The notes beneath the pieces are model-generated. The model was not told the origin of the DNA and searched no databases. It saw nothing but the letters and a program-made list of their open reading frames with translations. DNA of 64,000 nt from Raillietiella orientalis (lineage: Eukaryota): NCBI GenBank assembly GCA_036172245.1, contig JAYWIR010000004.1, positions 6,386,001 to 6,450,000 on the forward strand, read 5' to 3'. Numbering within the stretch: the first letter of the stretch is position 1; the number at the start of each line of letters is the position of its first letter. The translations under genes were made by a program, and so were the position numbers. Positions 26,663 through 37,082 of this stretch are shown here, piece after piece.

Positions 26663-29600
26663 GTAAGTTGCGCATTCTTCGCGTAGAGCTTCAGCGGAGC
26701 TTAAGTTTCAATGCAGAATTCTTTTAAACCGGATCACTTGCTCGAGCTCCGTAAAAAAAACGCATGCTGCATGCTCTGTAGTGGTCTCTGCAGGTGCTCA
26801 ACACAGAATCCTTCCAGATCTCTGCAACAAAAGATTGGATTCGACTAACTGCTCTGAGCACAACAACGAGCTGTACTGCAAAGTCTGCCATGCCCGAAAA
26901 TATGGACCGAAGGGCTACGGTTTCGGAGGAGGAGCTGGCTGCCTAAGCATGGACACCGGGGAGCATCTGGGAAACACAGAATCAGTCTCGTAAGATAATT
27001 TCCGCTTCCCTTTTCACTTTGGATGCAAAAAGAAAAGCTCGTGTCGCTTGCGGATCTCGTAGCATTCTCCGTCCGTGATCCGAGACACAAATAGTCTGTT
27101 CTTCACTTGAACAGCATTATGGAAATCCTGCGTCCATGCATGTATGCAGTACAGTGCGTACATTTAAACGAGTTCGTGCTCGTTTACAATTACGTACCGT
27201 ACTGCTCTGTATGTGTGCTTATAATCATACGTATGTACCCTATGCTTATGTGCATGTATTATGGATGTCTTGTCAAACATACATATGTACGGTGTTCACA
27301 TGACAGATGTGTACACCTTGCCAGTAAGTGTACATCATGTTGCATCTATACCATAGATGTTTACAGTACTATGCAGTTTCTGTTTGATCTACGTAGTTCT
27401 CCCATTACGTGTGCATGCACACATGTGCATATATCTACATATACTGCCGATTAAATTTCATGTATGCACAAGCATATATATAGTCTATTTGCTCTTGTTT
27501 TGCATGCGTGCATTTGGACACGGTAAATATGTTCTGGAACAGATAAGAGTAAAAATGTTCCAAGGATCATTGCATTTTTGCCGTGATTCTCTTCCTTTCT
27601 CCATCTTGGATTTTCGCGAGCCGCGCTCTTGGAAAATTTCAGGGTGCTCAGTGAGTTGTCGCGGGAATGTGATTAAGAATTGGGCATGATTCTAGAACAT
27701 GTTTTTCGGAGAAGGCAAGCAAGAAAACTGTCACATATCCTCTTTTTTTTTTCCAGAAATAAACCTCAATATCCAGCTATCTAGAAGAATCAAGTCTACC
27801 AAAGAATATGGCTGCATATAGCCTTCAAGATCCGTAATTGGGATAAAACGTTTCTTTTCGTTTGTTTGTTTGTTTGTTGTTTTTTGCTCCTTTGTTTGTT
27901 TGTTGGTTGGTTTGTTTTTTTTTTGCTCTTTGTTTTTTTTTTTTCGGCAAATGAAGACTCAGTTTGTTTTAATTCAGGATTATCAGAATTCATTCCTTTC
28001 TCTGTTTCTTTTCCTCCTTTTTTCTTGACGGCTCGTGAAGGGAAGAGGGAAAGTTCACTCCCATTTCTCACACTATCAGAAAACTGTGCTAATCCGAAAC
28101 TGCGGAGCTCTCTTTGCCCAATTTTTAAAACAAGAAAAAGTTTGCCCGTTCCCCCGGCAACGTTCACTGATCGCGCCTGCGTTCCGAAAACGCTCCTTCC
28201 CTGAAATTTTCCTTTGACAAAATCCAACAGAAATGGCAGAACGAATGGCTTGGGAATAACTGGAACCTGATCATGCTGATTCCCGATCTTAGCACAGTTT
28301 CCTGACAGCTCCCATTCATTTTATCTTTGGTCCCAGTGACAAAAACACATCTTCATCTGAAACACGCACACCCACATCCTCACTCAGCAGAGGCAAGCAG
28401 AGCGGAGAGTATTATTTCCTGCGTAGGGTGGGTCCGCTTTCTTTTCCTCACCGCACGTCGCCGCTCCTGTTTCGCCCCCGCCCCGCCCGCTCCCCTTTTC
28501 CCTCCTCCGAGCTCACGTACCAACGAAAGGCTTCTGCACCAGAAAACTGCAATAAAAGTTGATTTCTCATGCCTCTTGTTCTGTCATTTTTTGTCGGCTC
28601 GTGCGTACCGAAATTTCGGGAAGAGGTGGAATTGTCGAAAGCATCACTTCGTCGAAGAACTTGTGTCGGTGGATACCCGCTAAGTGGACAACGCAGATGT
28701 CAAGAAAAAAGACTTACTGATTTCTGTGGTTCGGGGAGATTCTAAGTGAGAACCAGTAGCGGTGCTCTGGGAGCAACCCGCACCAACTATTAGTAGCATG
28801 TAACGTGTTAATCTGGTAGGATGGCGTAGTCATGGGAACCCACCCGTGAGAGCACACTGCATGAAGTGGATGCTTGCGCGATTCGGAATAAGTTGCTGCC
28901 GTCCTCCGTCTCATTCCCGTTGTAATCCTTACGTTTACTTTAGAAACTTTCATTCCGTCAACGCTGGTAAAGTTCTTCCTGCCAAGGATGGAAATGGATG
29001 CCCGCGATGCGGAGGCGCCGTATATGCTGCGGAACAGATGCTGGCTAGAGGAAGGGTAAGACAAACCATCTTTTGAGCTGCGGATGACTCGCAAAAGGGG
29101 GCTCCTGATTCAGTTGTTCTGGCGAACAAGGTCCCCGACGTGATTTCTCCGCGCGTCTTCCAAGCTCGTGTGGAGATGGAGCGACGCATTCTTTCTCATT
29201 TCCACGAGAACAAAAGCAAAATCGGCCGTAAATCCGGCAGAGCGGCGTGTTTCTTTTTCCTTTTTCTATCCTGAGAAAACGGCATTCCGTGGTCTTTTCG
29301 CACAAGTTCGAACGCCCAGCTTTGGGTCGGAGAACCCGTGAAAAGCTGGAGACCCAGCTTCTCTTTGCAGGCCGATCCAAATTCTTTCAGAACGTATAAA
29401 GTCTCTTCCTTTACGACCTCCGTAGCAGAACCTCACGATTCTTCGTGCGTACAATGCCTGCAGCGCTTGCAGCGACTTCTCTCTTCCTCTTCTCGATAGT
29501 AATGCACGACACGAGACCGCTTGAGCGAACGCGCTTGGCAGATGACACCTCGCTTCCTCCCTGAACAACCAATTAGCCTTCCGAGGACAAAACTTATCGA

Positions 29601-32600
29601 TGATTTTCGATCTGCCCTTGACAATGCAGATGTACGAACGATGCCACCTTCGTTGGAGATGCGGATGTTTCCTTAGAGATCTCCGTGTTCGATTCTCCGC
29701 TGCTGCTTCTGAAACTCGAGTCTCGATCGCCGGAAACGCTGGGTTTTTCTCCACCCCTTAGCCAAAACGTTTAGCGTGAAGTAAACGAAAGAGAAAACAA
29801 CAACAGCAACACGTGCGTATGATACACCTTCATGGGCTTTCCACCCTCGCTCTCTGCTGCATGTGGCGCTGCATCCTCGCTGCACGGAGCGCGTTGACGA
29901 GATGTGTTCGTGTTCTCGTAACTCACGAGAACGCACTCGAGCTCAGCGCGTGCACACATGACCGCTGATTCCGAGAACCCTAAATTAACCTTCCTGCATG
30001 CATCCCGTGGGAAGCTGAGTAGAATTCTCTGACATCTGCTTGGTACTTCAGGAATGGCACAAATTCTGCTTCAAGTGCAACAACTGTAACAAGCAGCTGG
30101 ATTCCGTAAACCACTGCGATGCTCCTGACGACGAGATATACTGCAAAGGTAAGAGGAAGATGATGGGCTGCAAATCTTCGAATGTCCCTTCGCCGCGGCG
30201 AGTTGGAGCCTCCTCGCAGAGCATGCGACTGCTGAATTGGCTAGCGCGTTCGGTTTCGTATAAGAAGGGGAAAAACGTTCAGAAGACCGACAGTTCTTTA
30301 CAAATTTGTTGAGGAATTTGGAGTCTTAGATGAATGGGTGCTGAACCAGAATAGCGCTCTGTCGTCTACGAATGCTAGAAGATCGGTAAAAGGATAATGA
30401 TGACTGTAGGTGGAAGTCGTCGTTTCTCTTTGGGAAGCAGCTCCGTTCTATTGAAATCAGGAGAGCTGATTACAATCCTCAGGGTAATTCGACACGTTTT
30501 CCTTCCGCACCCACCTCCTGTCAAATATCCTGCGGATTTGGAATCCTGAAAATCTCGTTTTCTTGGATTTTCTCGAAGGAAGTGTTCTTGGAGTTTGCTG
30601 AAATTGGACGTCAGAGCGTTCACATGCTAAAGAGTGCTTGTCGAAGAAGAGGGAATGCTTTGTCTTCACCTCCCCATTGATTGATCCCCTTACCTAATTT
30701 GAAATCGATCCTTTTGAATTTTTCACCAAAACTTCCACATTGGAATAGTTGAGGACGCCGGTATTCGTGATATTGCATCAGTGCAAGTCACCGGAACGTT
30801 CTTGAATAATTAGCATCAGATTATTGATTTCATGTTAGTGTAATTAACCATTGCATCCATTGCACAGCATTGGATAACTAGTGCGTTTCCTTCTTTCACT
30901 TGGAAAAACAATCGGCCAATTTCAAAGCGATGGAAGAACTTCGGCAGCCGTCTCGGTTTAGATTTTCGAGAACCACGGATTGGACTGGAAAGCATCGTCT
31001 GAATGTAGGCGCATCGTTGGGGTCTCTGCTTGAACAGCTGAACAGACTTTCATATTGGTCTTCGTCTCATCTCGACACCTGCTCTAGTTAGCCTTGTTGG
31101 TACTGTCCAATGGCTCGCATCTGTCCCTGGAGGGATCAATCCACAGCGCAGCAGATGAATGAATGGAACCTGCCTCTTGCAATGATCCCGAAAGTGCTGC
31201 CCGCCCATACATTTGGAGAATAGGGACTTGCCGTCTCCGTGTTCTGCTTTGAGGAATCGCGGGGATAAGTGATTCTCCGGATGTCTTCTTTATCTAGGGA
31301 TGAATCTCGCCTTTCCCGGAGGAAAGCCGATTGCATGGATCCATCACGAATCTATGAGGATCGAATGTGTCTCTCTTTTTCTTTTATGTTTTTCCCATTC
31401 GGATAGTTGTTTGTTTGGATTTACCATTAGTAATCAATAATCCAAGGGAATTCCTAGAAAGCGTTGCGCGAAAATTCCTGGATGAGTGCTTTCGTGCTTC
31501 CCGGATCCCCAGCCGACTGACTCATTCAAGAATTGAAGGACTCCACGAGCAGGTAAATAGAATTCGCTACGTGTAATGTTGACCTGGAGGATCGACAACC
31601 CGCGAATGGGGTCTCAAGGCCTGCTCGTGGAGTATCGGGATTGCCAGGTGCTCCATAACGGAGGGCACACCCCAAACGCCTCCACGAATTGAAACCCTTG
31701 GTCGTTCCCTTGATAAGGATCGACTAGAAAGGAGTCCCTGTAATGCATAACTGACCATGGAGCAGGGGCCGCTCGCGTTTGTTTGGGAGTGGTCGTCCCA
31801 CTTCCAGTGATCCGCATGCTCCGTCAGTTACTTTTTTTGTGTGCGTGTATTCGCCGCGTTTCCGCTTGGTTTCGGTTTTGAGCAGGTGTGGTAAGTGGAG
31901 AGAACGAGGAACTATGGCGCCATGTTCTTCATGAGGAGGAGTGACCACATGTTGCTAAGAAACCACCGAGAGCGCTTCTTCCTTGTTTCCTGCTTCTCAG
32001 AGAAAGGTTCAGAGGAAACCGTCCTTCGACGGAGACAGCTCGGCGAGCACCTCCGCGCGCTACAGAACCCGGGGTTGCGTCACACCAGAGCTGACTCTGA
32101 CATCGTGGAGCTGGCACTCCATCTCTGAGCAAGGATTGTCTTGCATCCGAATCCATGGCAGCGGATCTGCGAAGCGCAGACGAGGAAGATGATATGCCCT
32201 CGGGCGATCTTCCATTCGTAGAACGAATCCATGGTAGACGCTGCTGAGGTCCACAGCCGGGCTCTGCATCCAGCATCCTTCGATCCCCGCAGATGGTTCC
32301 GAAGCGCATTCTTTCTTTGGATGCCGGAAGCAGGAGGAGATGAGGCTGCAGAGGAAAATCGATCCTTCCTCTCTACGGAAGCAGCCAACGGGTATTGCGG
32401 GACTCTCCGGCTCGACAGCCTTGCATCTCCAAGGGAGCGGGAGCGCGCGAAAGAGAAGCTCCTCGTTCCCTTCCGCTCCTCCGAGAACTCTGAGGGGGAG
32501 AAGGCATCGTTTCCGATCCTCAACCCTCCCATTCGTGCTCCGAGCGTCTTCCTCCAGGCGTGCTTCCCCGAGGAAGGCGTTCCTCCGCCTCCTCGCAACG

Positions 32601-35600
32601 ACCTTCATCACTGACAAGACACCTTGTAAATGCCTGGTGACCCGGCGGAGTCCTTTATCCGCTTCCGTCCGAAGCTCCTTCCGAGGGCTGCTGAGAGTCG
32701 CTGTCGACCCCCGTGCCCCCGAGCGGAGCTGTGCCTCCTCCCCCGAGCTATGGCGGAACGCATACCTCTCTTCGCCCTGGGTTTCCTGGATGCCGGCAGC
32801 GCCGTAACGCTCAGGAAGATGTGCGGAGAGAGCGGCGGTCCCGAAGCTTCGAGACGGAAGAAGAAATCGGGGAAAGGGGGGGGGGAGGATTCTCAGGGGA
32901 TTCGCAGGTGCTAGAAGCGGGGAGCATCCCTCGTCCCCTGCCCGGACCATGAAACTCCGGGCTGTGGAAGCTTCGTGGCAAACCCGCGGCGATCCGGTCC
33001 TCCGGAGCAGTCCGGGAATCCTCCTGCGCTCCTTTCCTGCAAGGAAGACCGCTCACGTCCCTTCCTTCAAGGGTGCGAGGATCATCCCTTCCGAATTCCT
33101 TCCCCTCGTCTTCTTCCTGGGAATTAGCAAGGAGCGCTTCGCGATCTCCCTTTCTCCCTGATGGTTCTTCGGAGGGCGCGTGCATCGGATTAGATCACTC
33201 GCTGGTCTCCTTCCAGGGAAGAACGTCTCCAGGATTAAGCGAGAAGGAGGAAGGGGAGCTTCGGTAGCGGCGTAGGCAGCGTGCCTTCGTCTTCGAGCTC
33301 AGAGGATCCGCATCTCTGCCGAGCTCACCTTCCCGTCTGGAACGAGCGCGATTGCCCCATGAAGAAGACGCTTACGGTGGGCCGCTTATCCAGGAACGGT
33401 CCCTTCCCTCCCCCTCGAAGGGTGCGATCGCCCTCGGAGTGATCCAGAGATTCCCGGGAAACGCACTCTGGTGAGGAAAGGAGGAGTGACCGTTCTCTCT
33501 CCTCGGATCGATGCGCTTCTTCCCCCCTGAAGCGAGCCCGAGAGTCCCTTGCCTTACCTCCGTCGGCCGGCCGGGAAGCGAGCGGGAACCTCCTCGCAGC
33601 AGTCTCCCCCATCTGGGCGGGAGTGCCCCCGGCTCCCCGGGATCCTACGCTTCCGGATGACGCTTCCCCCCGCTCGGAGAGGAGGGTACCGCCGTCCTTC
33701 GACCCACGGACGCCACTTCTGGGCGCTTTCCGAACAAGCAAGCCCGTGGCCCTCGCTCCTCCCTCCCGGTGGTGCCGTCTTGTGCGGTTTCCCGCCCGCG
33801 CGGAACGCTTCCCGCAGCGTCTCCAAGGTAACCGACTGCTCCGTCCGTGGAACCTTCTGCGAGGAGAGGGAAACGGAGATCGCGCAGTGCGTCTCCCGAC
33901 GATTCAAGACCCGGGACGGGCTCCGAAAGGTGGGGCGAAAAGAGCAGGTGTTCTCTCTGGAGGAGGGGAAGGAACGCTAGTGCGCGCAGCTCACGGAGAT
34001 GTTGACGCAGCCCTGAACTCACCCCCCTCCCACCGCCGGCGCTTTCCGGGCGGCTGCAGGAGACGCAGGACGGAAGCGGGGAGCAGGGAGGCTTCCTCGG
34101 AGGGCGCCGGGAAGCGGGCGACCGCACATAGGCGAAAGGATCGCAAGGGAGGGAAAAAGAAAAAGCCCGGAGGCTTCCAGGAACCCTCCGGAAACGCGCG
34201 AGCGACCCCACTGCTCGGCTGCAGAAGGAGGAGCGCAGGAAGAGGGGGGGCTTGGAAATTTGGCGAGACTGCGGCGGTGGCTAACCTTTGACCTCTGTCC
34301 GAAGTGTGCTACGGCAAGATATTCGGACCGAAGGGCTACGGATTCGGGAAGGGAGCCGGGACCCTGCAGTCGGAGCTCATCAACGGGTAAGTGGGGCTGC
34401 CTAACCCTTCCGGAGCCACCTGCGACCCCCTGTTCCCCCTCCCCTTCTCCTTCTTCCCTCCGTACCCTTTCTTTCTCCCCCTCACGCCCTGCGTGGGTTC
34501 CCGGAAGAGCGCAGGCGGACCTGACCATTCCCCGCCCCTACTCGCGCGACGCGCGTAAGCGGCAAAACACGGCTGTCGCCCAAGGGAGGTGGTGGTGGAC
34601 CGGCCAACAGTCTGCCTGGAGAAGTCCATCAAGGCCCCGGAGGGGCAGGGGTGCCCCCGATGCGGAGGGATGGTCTACGCCGCAGAAGAAAAGCTGTCCA
34701 GAGGAAGAGTAAGTCGGGTTACGCTGCCGCTTCCGCTGGCTAGGAGAGGGAGGAGACCCCAAAGGGCAGATGGACCCGCATCTTTGACCACCACCTTCTC
34801 TCTGGTTCTAGCATACCACCCGCATCCGCCTTCGCGAAGTCCCCGTCCTCCTCCCCCGACCTGTCCCTTCAAGAGAGGCAAGGCGTCTTCCGTTCGGGCT
34901 GCTGCCTCCTTCTCCCTTCCCCTCCGCAGCTCCCATGGGAAGGGAAGGAAGCGAAGGGAAAGCCCACGGCTCTGCTATCTGGCCTGGACCACTCGAGAAG
35001 AAGGAGGGCTGGTGCCCCCCTTACTAGGCGCATCCTCAGGGTCCCCTGTGTCTCCTTCCTTCCCTCTCCGCGCTCATGCTCGAGAGTTCCTGAGGTCCCT
35101 CCAGGTCTGTTGCTCCCTTCCGCTTCGCTCCGGATGAAGGGGATCCTCCGAAGCGGCACTGAATTTCCTCACCGGGAACCGGCTCCTGCCATCGTTTGGG
35201 AGCGCCCGAACGACCTTGAGGAAGCCGGCCGGAGCTTCAAGGACGATGTCGGACTGCTGGTCCTTGCCCGGCAGACCCTTCCTTTCCCTCGTTCTCCACG
35301 AATCCCCCTCCTGCTCCTCCGTCCCCTTGGGCTAGAAGCTACGTCACCTGTCCTCCCAGATCGGCTACGGGGACCGGTCACTGGGGAAGAAGAGGGACGA
35401 GGCAAAGATCCCTGGGAACGGAAAATGGGAGCGAGAATTGCGACCCTGGGGAGCGCCAGCTCTGCACTCTTCGAGGGCCCCATTGTCCTCGAATCATGGA
35501 GAGGGGAAAGGGAGGAGAGTTTCCAGGAATGCCAAGGGAAGCAGCCCCCGAGCGACGTGGTGGCGGCTGAAGACCTCGGGAGATTCGCCGCTCCTCCATC

Positions 35601-37082
35601 GCACGGAGGATGCGGAGTAGTCGACAGGGCATCGTCTCGCTCTATGCCATCTCCTGCCTCCTCCCGTGGATATTTCGCCGCTTCCTCAGAGGGAGCGACG
35701 CTCCCGTTCACCCTTTGCGTGCGCATAGCAGGAGGGACCCTGTTTTCTTTGGGGGATATCCTCTTCCTCTTCCGGTTGACCGAGAAAACTGGCTCGGAGG
35801 TCGCGCGCTGCCCGATCGCAGCTGCCCTTTTCCCCCTCCAAGCCCAGAGAGGGCAGTCCCTCCCCCCCCCCTTTCCCCTGGAGGGTTCGAGGGAACGAGG
35901 AGCAAACCGCAAGCGCACCCTCGCGCCTGCTGTTCGGGCTCCTCACTTCCTGCTCCCCATTCTTTAGCGCGTTCTTCTCCTCCATCTGCTGGCACGGCAT
36001 GCAGGCGGAAGGCGACTGGTTCAGGAACGGAGGCTCATTCCTACCCCTTTTCTTCCCCTTCCAGTCCTGGCACAAGATCTGCTTCAGCTGCTTCGAGTGT
36101 CGGAAGAACCTGGACTCCATAAACGCCTGCGATGGGTCCGACGGCGAGATCTACTGCAAGACGTGTTACGGGAAAAAGTTCGGCCCAAAGGGATACGGCT
36201 TCGGGGCAGGGGCTTCCTTCCTGCAGACGGACACTCTCCCGTAAACTCTTTCTTTCTCGCGGTTGCCATGCATCCCTGCGTTTGCTAATCAAGGAACCAA
36301 CAGCTGCAAGACGCGCCTCCTTCCTGGCTGCTCGTGAACACCACTTCCATAAGGGCTCCCTCGGGAGAAGGCTGCCCTAGGTGCGGTGGCAAGGTCTTTG
36401 CTGCCGAGCAAATGCTGGCCCGAGGAACGGTGAGTCCTCCTCTTCCTCCCGAGCTCTCCATCCCGAGCGCTGCGCCCTGGTGCCCTCTTCTCCCTGCTTC
36501 AGACGTGGCACAAGAAGTGCTTCAGCTGCGCCGACTGCCGCAGGCCCCTCGACTCCGTGACAGCCTGCGACGGGCCCGACAGGGAGATCTACTGCTACGC
36601 GTGCTACGCCAAGCATTTCGGTCCAAAGGGCTTCGGCTTTGGACACCGGCCAACCCTCTTCTCCACGGGGACGGAGACTGATTTCTGGTTAGGACCATTG
36701 AAAGCGAAAAAAAATAATTTAAGAGTCGGAGCCTGCGCTCTTCCTCAGTCCTCCGAGTTCCGCTATTCCAGTAGGACGTAAGGCTCCTCCGGGCGAAGGA
36801 TGTCCGAGATGCGGCTTGTCCGTCTACGCAGCCGAAGCGATGCTCGCCAGAGGAATGGTACAGTGGCGTGGCGTTTGCGCTCCAGCGACTCCGAGTTTAA
36901 TCTTTCTCAAGAACTGGCACCGCACCTGCTTCACCTGCTTCGAATGCAAGAAAGGTTTGGATTCTACTACAGTCTGTGATGCCCCGGATGGTGAAATTTA
37001 TTGCAAAGGAGACTACGGAAAGAAGTTCGGTCCCCGAGGATTAGGATATGGATTGGGTGCCGGATGTCTGACGAATGCTTAA
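26548..37082 (+). CDS. Mlp84B: Muscle LIM protein (CRP/MLP family), five-LIM isoform, 492 aa; join(26548-26662,26818-26989,28944-29055,30052-30148,34305-34386,34585-34708,36065-36240,36294-36429,36503-36687,36749-36857,36912-37082)
   Basis: Manual splicing at GT..AG boundaries gives 1479 nt, ATG to TAA, with all phases consistent. It starts [23 protein letters not shown] and has five CxxC-x17-HxxC-xxC-xxC-x17-Cxx(C/D) LIM domains, each followed by a (Y/F)GP(K/R)G(Y/F/L)G(F/Y)G glycine-rich motif typical of arthropod Mlp84B/Mlp60A and vertebrate CSRP. The symbol is family-level; orthology to Mlp84B versus Mlp60A is not resolved. Confidence 0.92.
26818..26989 (+). CDS. MLP coding exon 2 (LIM1 second half + Gly-rich motif)
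   Basis: Acceptor cttccag. Encodes [56 protein letters not shown]; donor TC|GTAAGA, phase 2. Confidence 0.95.
27107..27510. repeat. Low-complexity TGTA/TACA/CATA-rich tract
   Basis: Dense alternating purine-pyrimidine motifs (tgtatg, tacata, gtgcat) in MLP intron 2; a similar tract is at about 46760-46980. Confidence 0.6.
27757..27784 (+). CDS. Putative alternative terminal exon giving a single-LIM MLP isoform (104 aa, ends ...[12 protein letters not shown])
   Basis: Very strong acceptor (tctttttttttttccag), phase 2 compatible with exon 2. Reads [12 protein letters not shown] and is followed by GT/T-rich UTR-like sequence and AATAAA at 28551. Confidence 0.65.
27856..27945 (+). repeat. (GTTT)n / poly-T microsatellite
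   Basis: tttgtttgtttgtttgttg...ttggttggtttgttttttt seen directly. Confidence 0.85.
28551..28556 (+). terminator. Candidate poly(A) signal of the single-LIM isoform
   Basis: AATAAA downstream of the alternative terminal exon and upstream of coding exon 3, followed by T/GT-rich sequence (ctcttgttctgtcattttttgt). Confidence 0.4.
28944..29055 (+). CDS. MLP coding exon 3 (linker + LIM2 start)
   Basis: Acceptor tttactttag. Encodes [37 protein letters not shown]; donor AGG|GTAAGA, phase 0. Confidence 0.93.
30052..30148 (+). CDS. MLP coding exon 4 (LIM2 core)
   Basis: Acceptor tacttcag. Encodes [32 protein letters not shown]; donor AAG|GTAAGA, phase 1. Confidence 0.95.
32060..35877 (-). CDS. Hypothetical antisense gene fragment interleaved with MLP; candidate exons 35877-35173, 33856-33558, 33467-33329, 32846-32060
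   Basis: Long minus-strand ORFs lie in GC-rich MLP introns, bounded by pyrimidine-tract AG acceptors and GTRAG donors that join in one open frame (1930 nt). The product is S/P/R/G-rich with no recognisable domain, and no start exon was found. Confidence 0.3.
34305..34386 (+). CDS. MLP coding exon 5 (LIM2 end + Gly-rich motif)
   Basis: CTAAC branch-like site at 34281 and acceptor ccgaag. Encodes [27 protein letters not shown]; donor GG|GTAAGT, phase 2. Not called in the ORF track in this frame. Confidence 0.92.
34585..34708 (+). CDS. MLP coding exon 6 (linker + LIM3 start)
   Basis: Encodes [41 protein letters not shown]; donor AGA|GTAAGT, phase 0. The acceptor (cccaag) was chosen as the nearest phase-2-compatible AG, so the 5' boundary is less certain. 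Confidence 0.85.
36065..36240 (+). CDS. MLP coding exon 7 (LIM3 core + Gly-rich motif)
   Basis: Acceptor ttcttccccttccag. Encodes [58 protein letters not shown]; donor CC|GTAAAC, phase 2. Confidence 0.95.
36294..36429 (+). CDS. MLP coding exon 8 (linker + LIM4 start)
   Basis: Encodes [45 protein letters not shown]; donor ACG|GTGAGT, phase 0. Acceptor ctaatcaag is the only phase-2-compatible AG I found (53-nt intron), so the 5' boundary is less certain. Confidence 0.85.
36503..36687 (+). CDS. MLP coding exon 9 (LIM4 core + Gly-rich motif)
   Basis: Acceptor ctccctgcttcag. Encodes [61 protein letters not shown]; donor TG|GTTAGG, phase 2. Confidence 0.92.
36749..36857 (+). CDS. MLP coding exon 10 (linker + LIM5 start)
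   Basis: Acceptor ctcttcctcag. Encodes [36 protein letters not shown]; donor ATG|GTACAG, phase 0. Confidence 0.9.
36912..37082 (+). CDS. MLP coding exon 11 (LIM5 core, Gly-rich motif, stop)
   Basis: Acceptor tctttctcaag. Encodes [59 protein letters not shown]. Confidence 0.93.
   Translation, partial: NWHRTCFTCFECKKGLDSTTVCDAPDGEIYCKGDYGKKFGPRGLGYGLGAGCLTNA

Noticed and set aside
35110..35967. 285-aa + strand ORF inside the MLP intron
   Set aside because: No LIM or other domain. It reads like the antisense shadow of the minus-strand S/R/P-rich ORF in GC-rich DNA and is not needed for the MLP frame.
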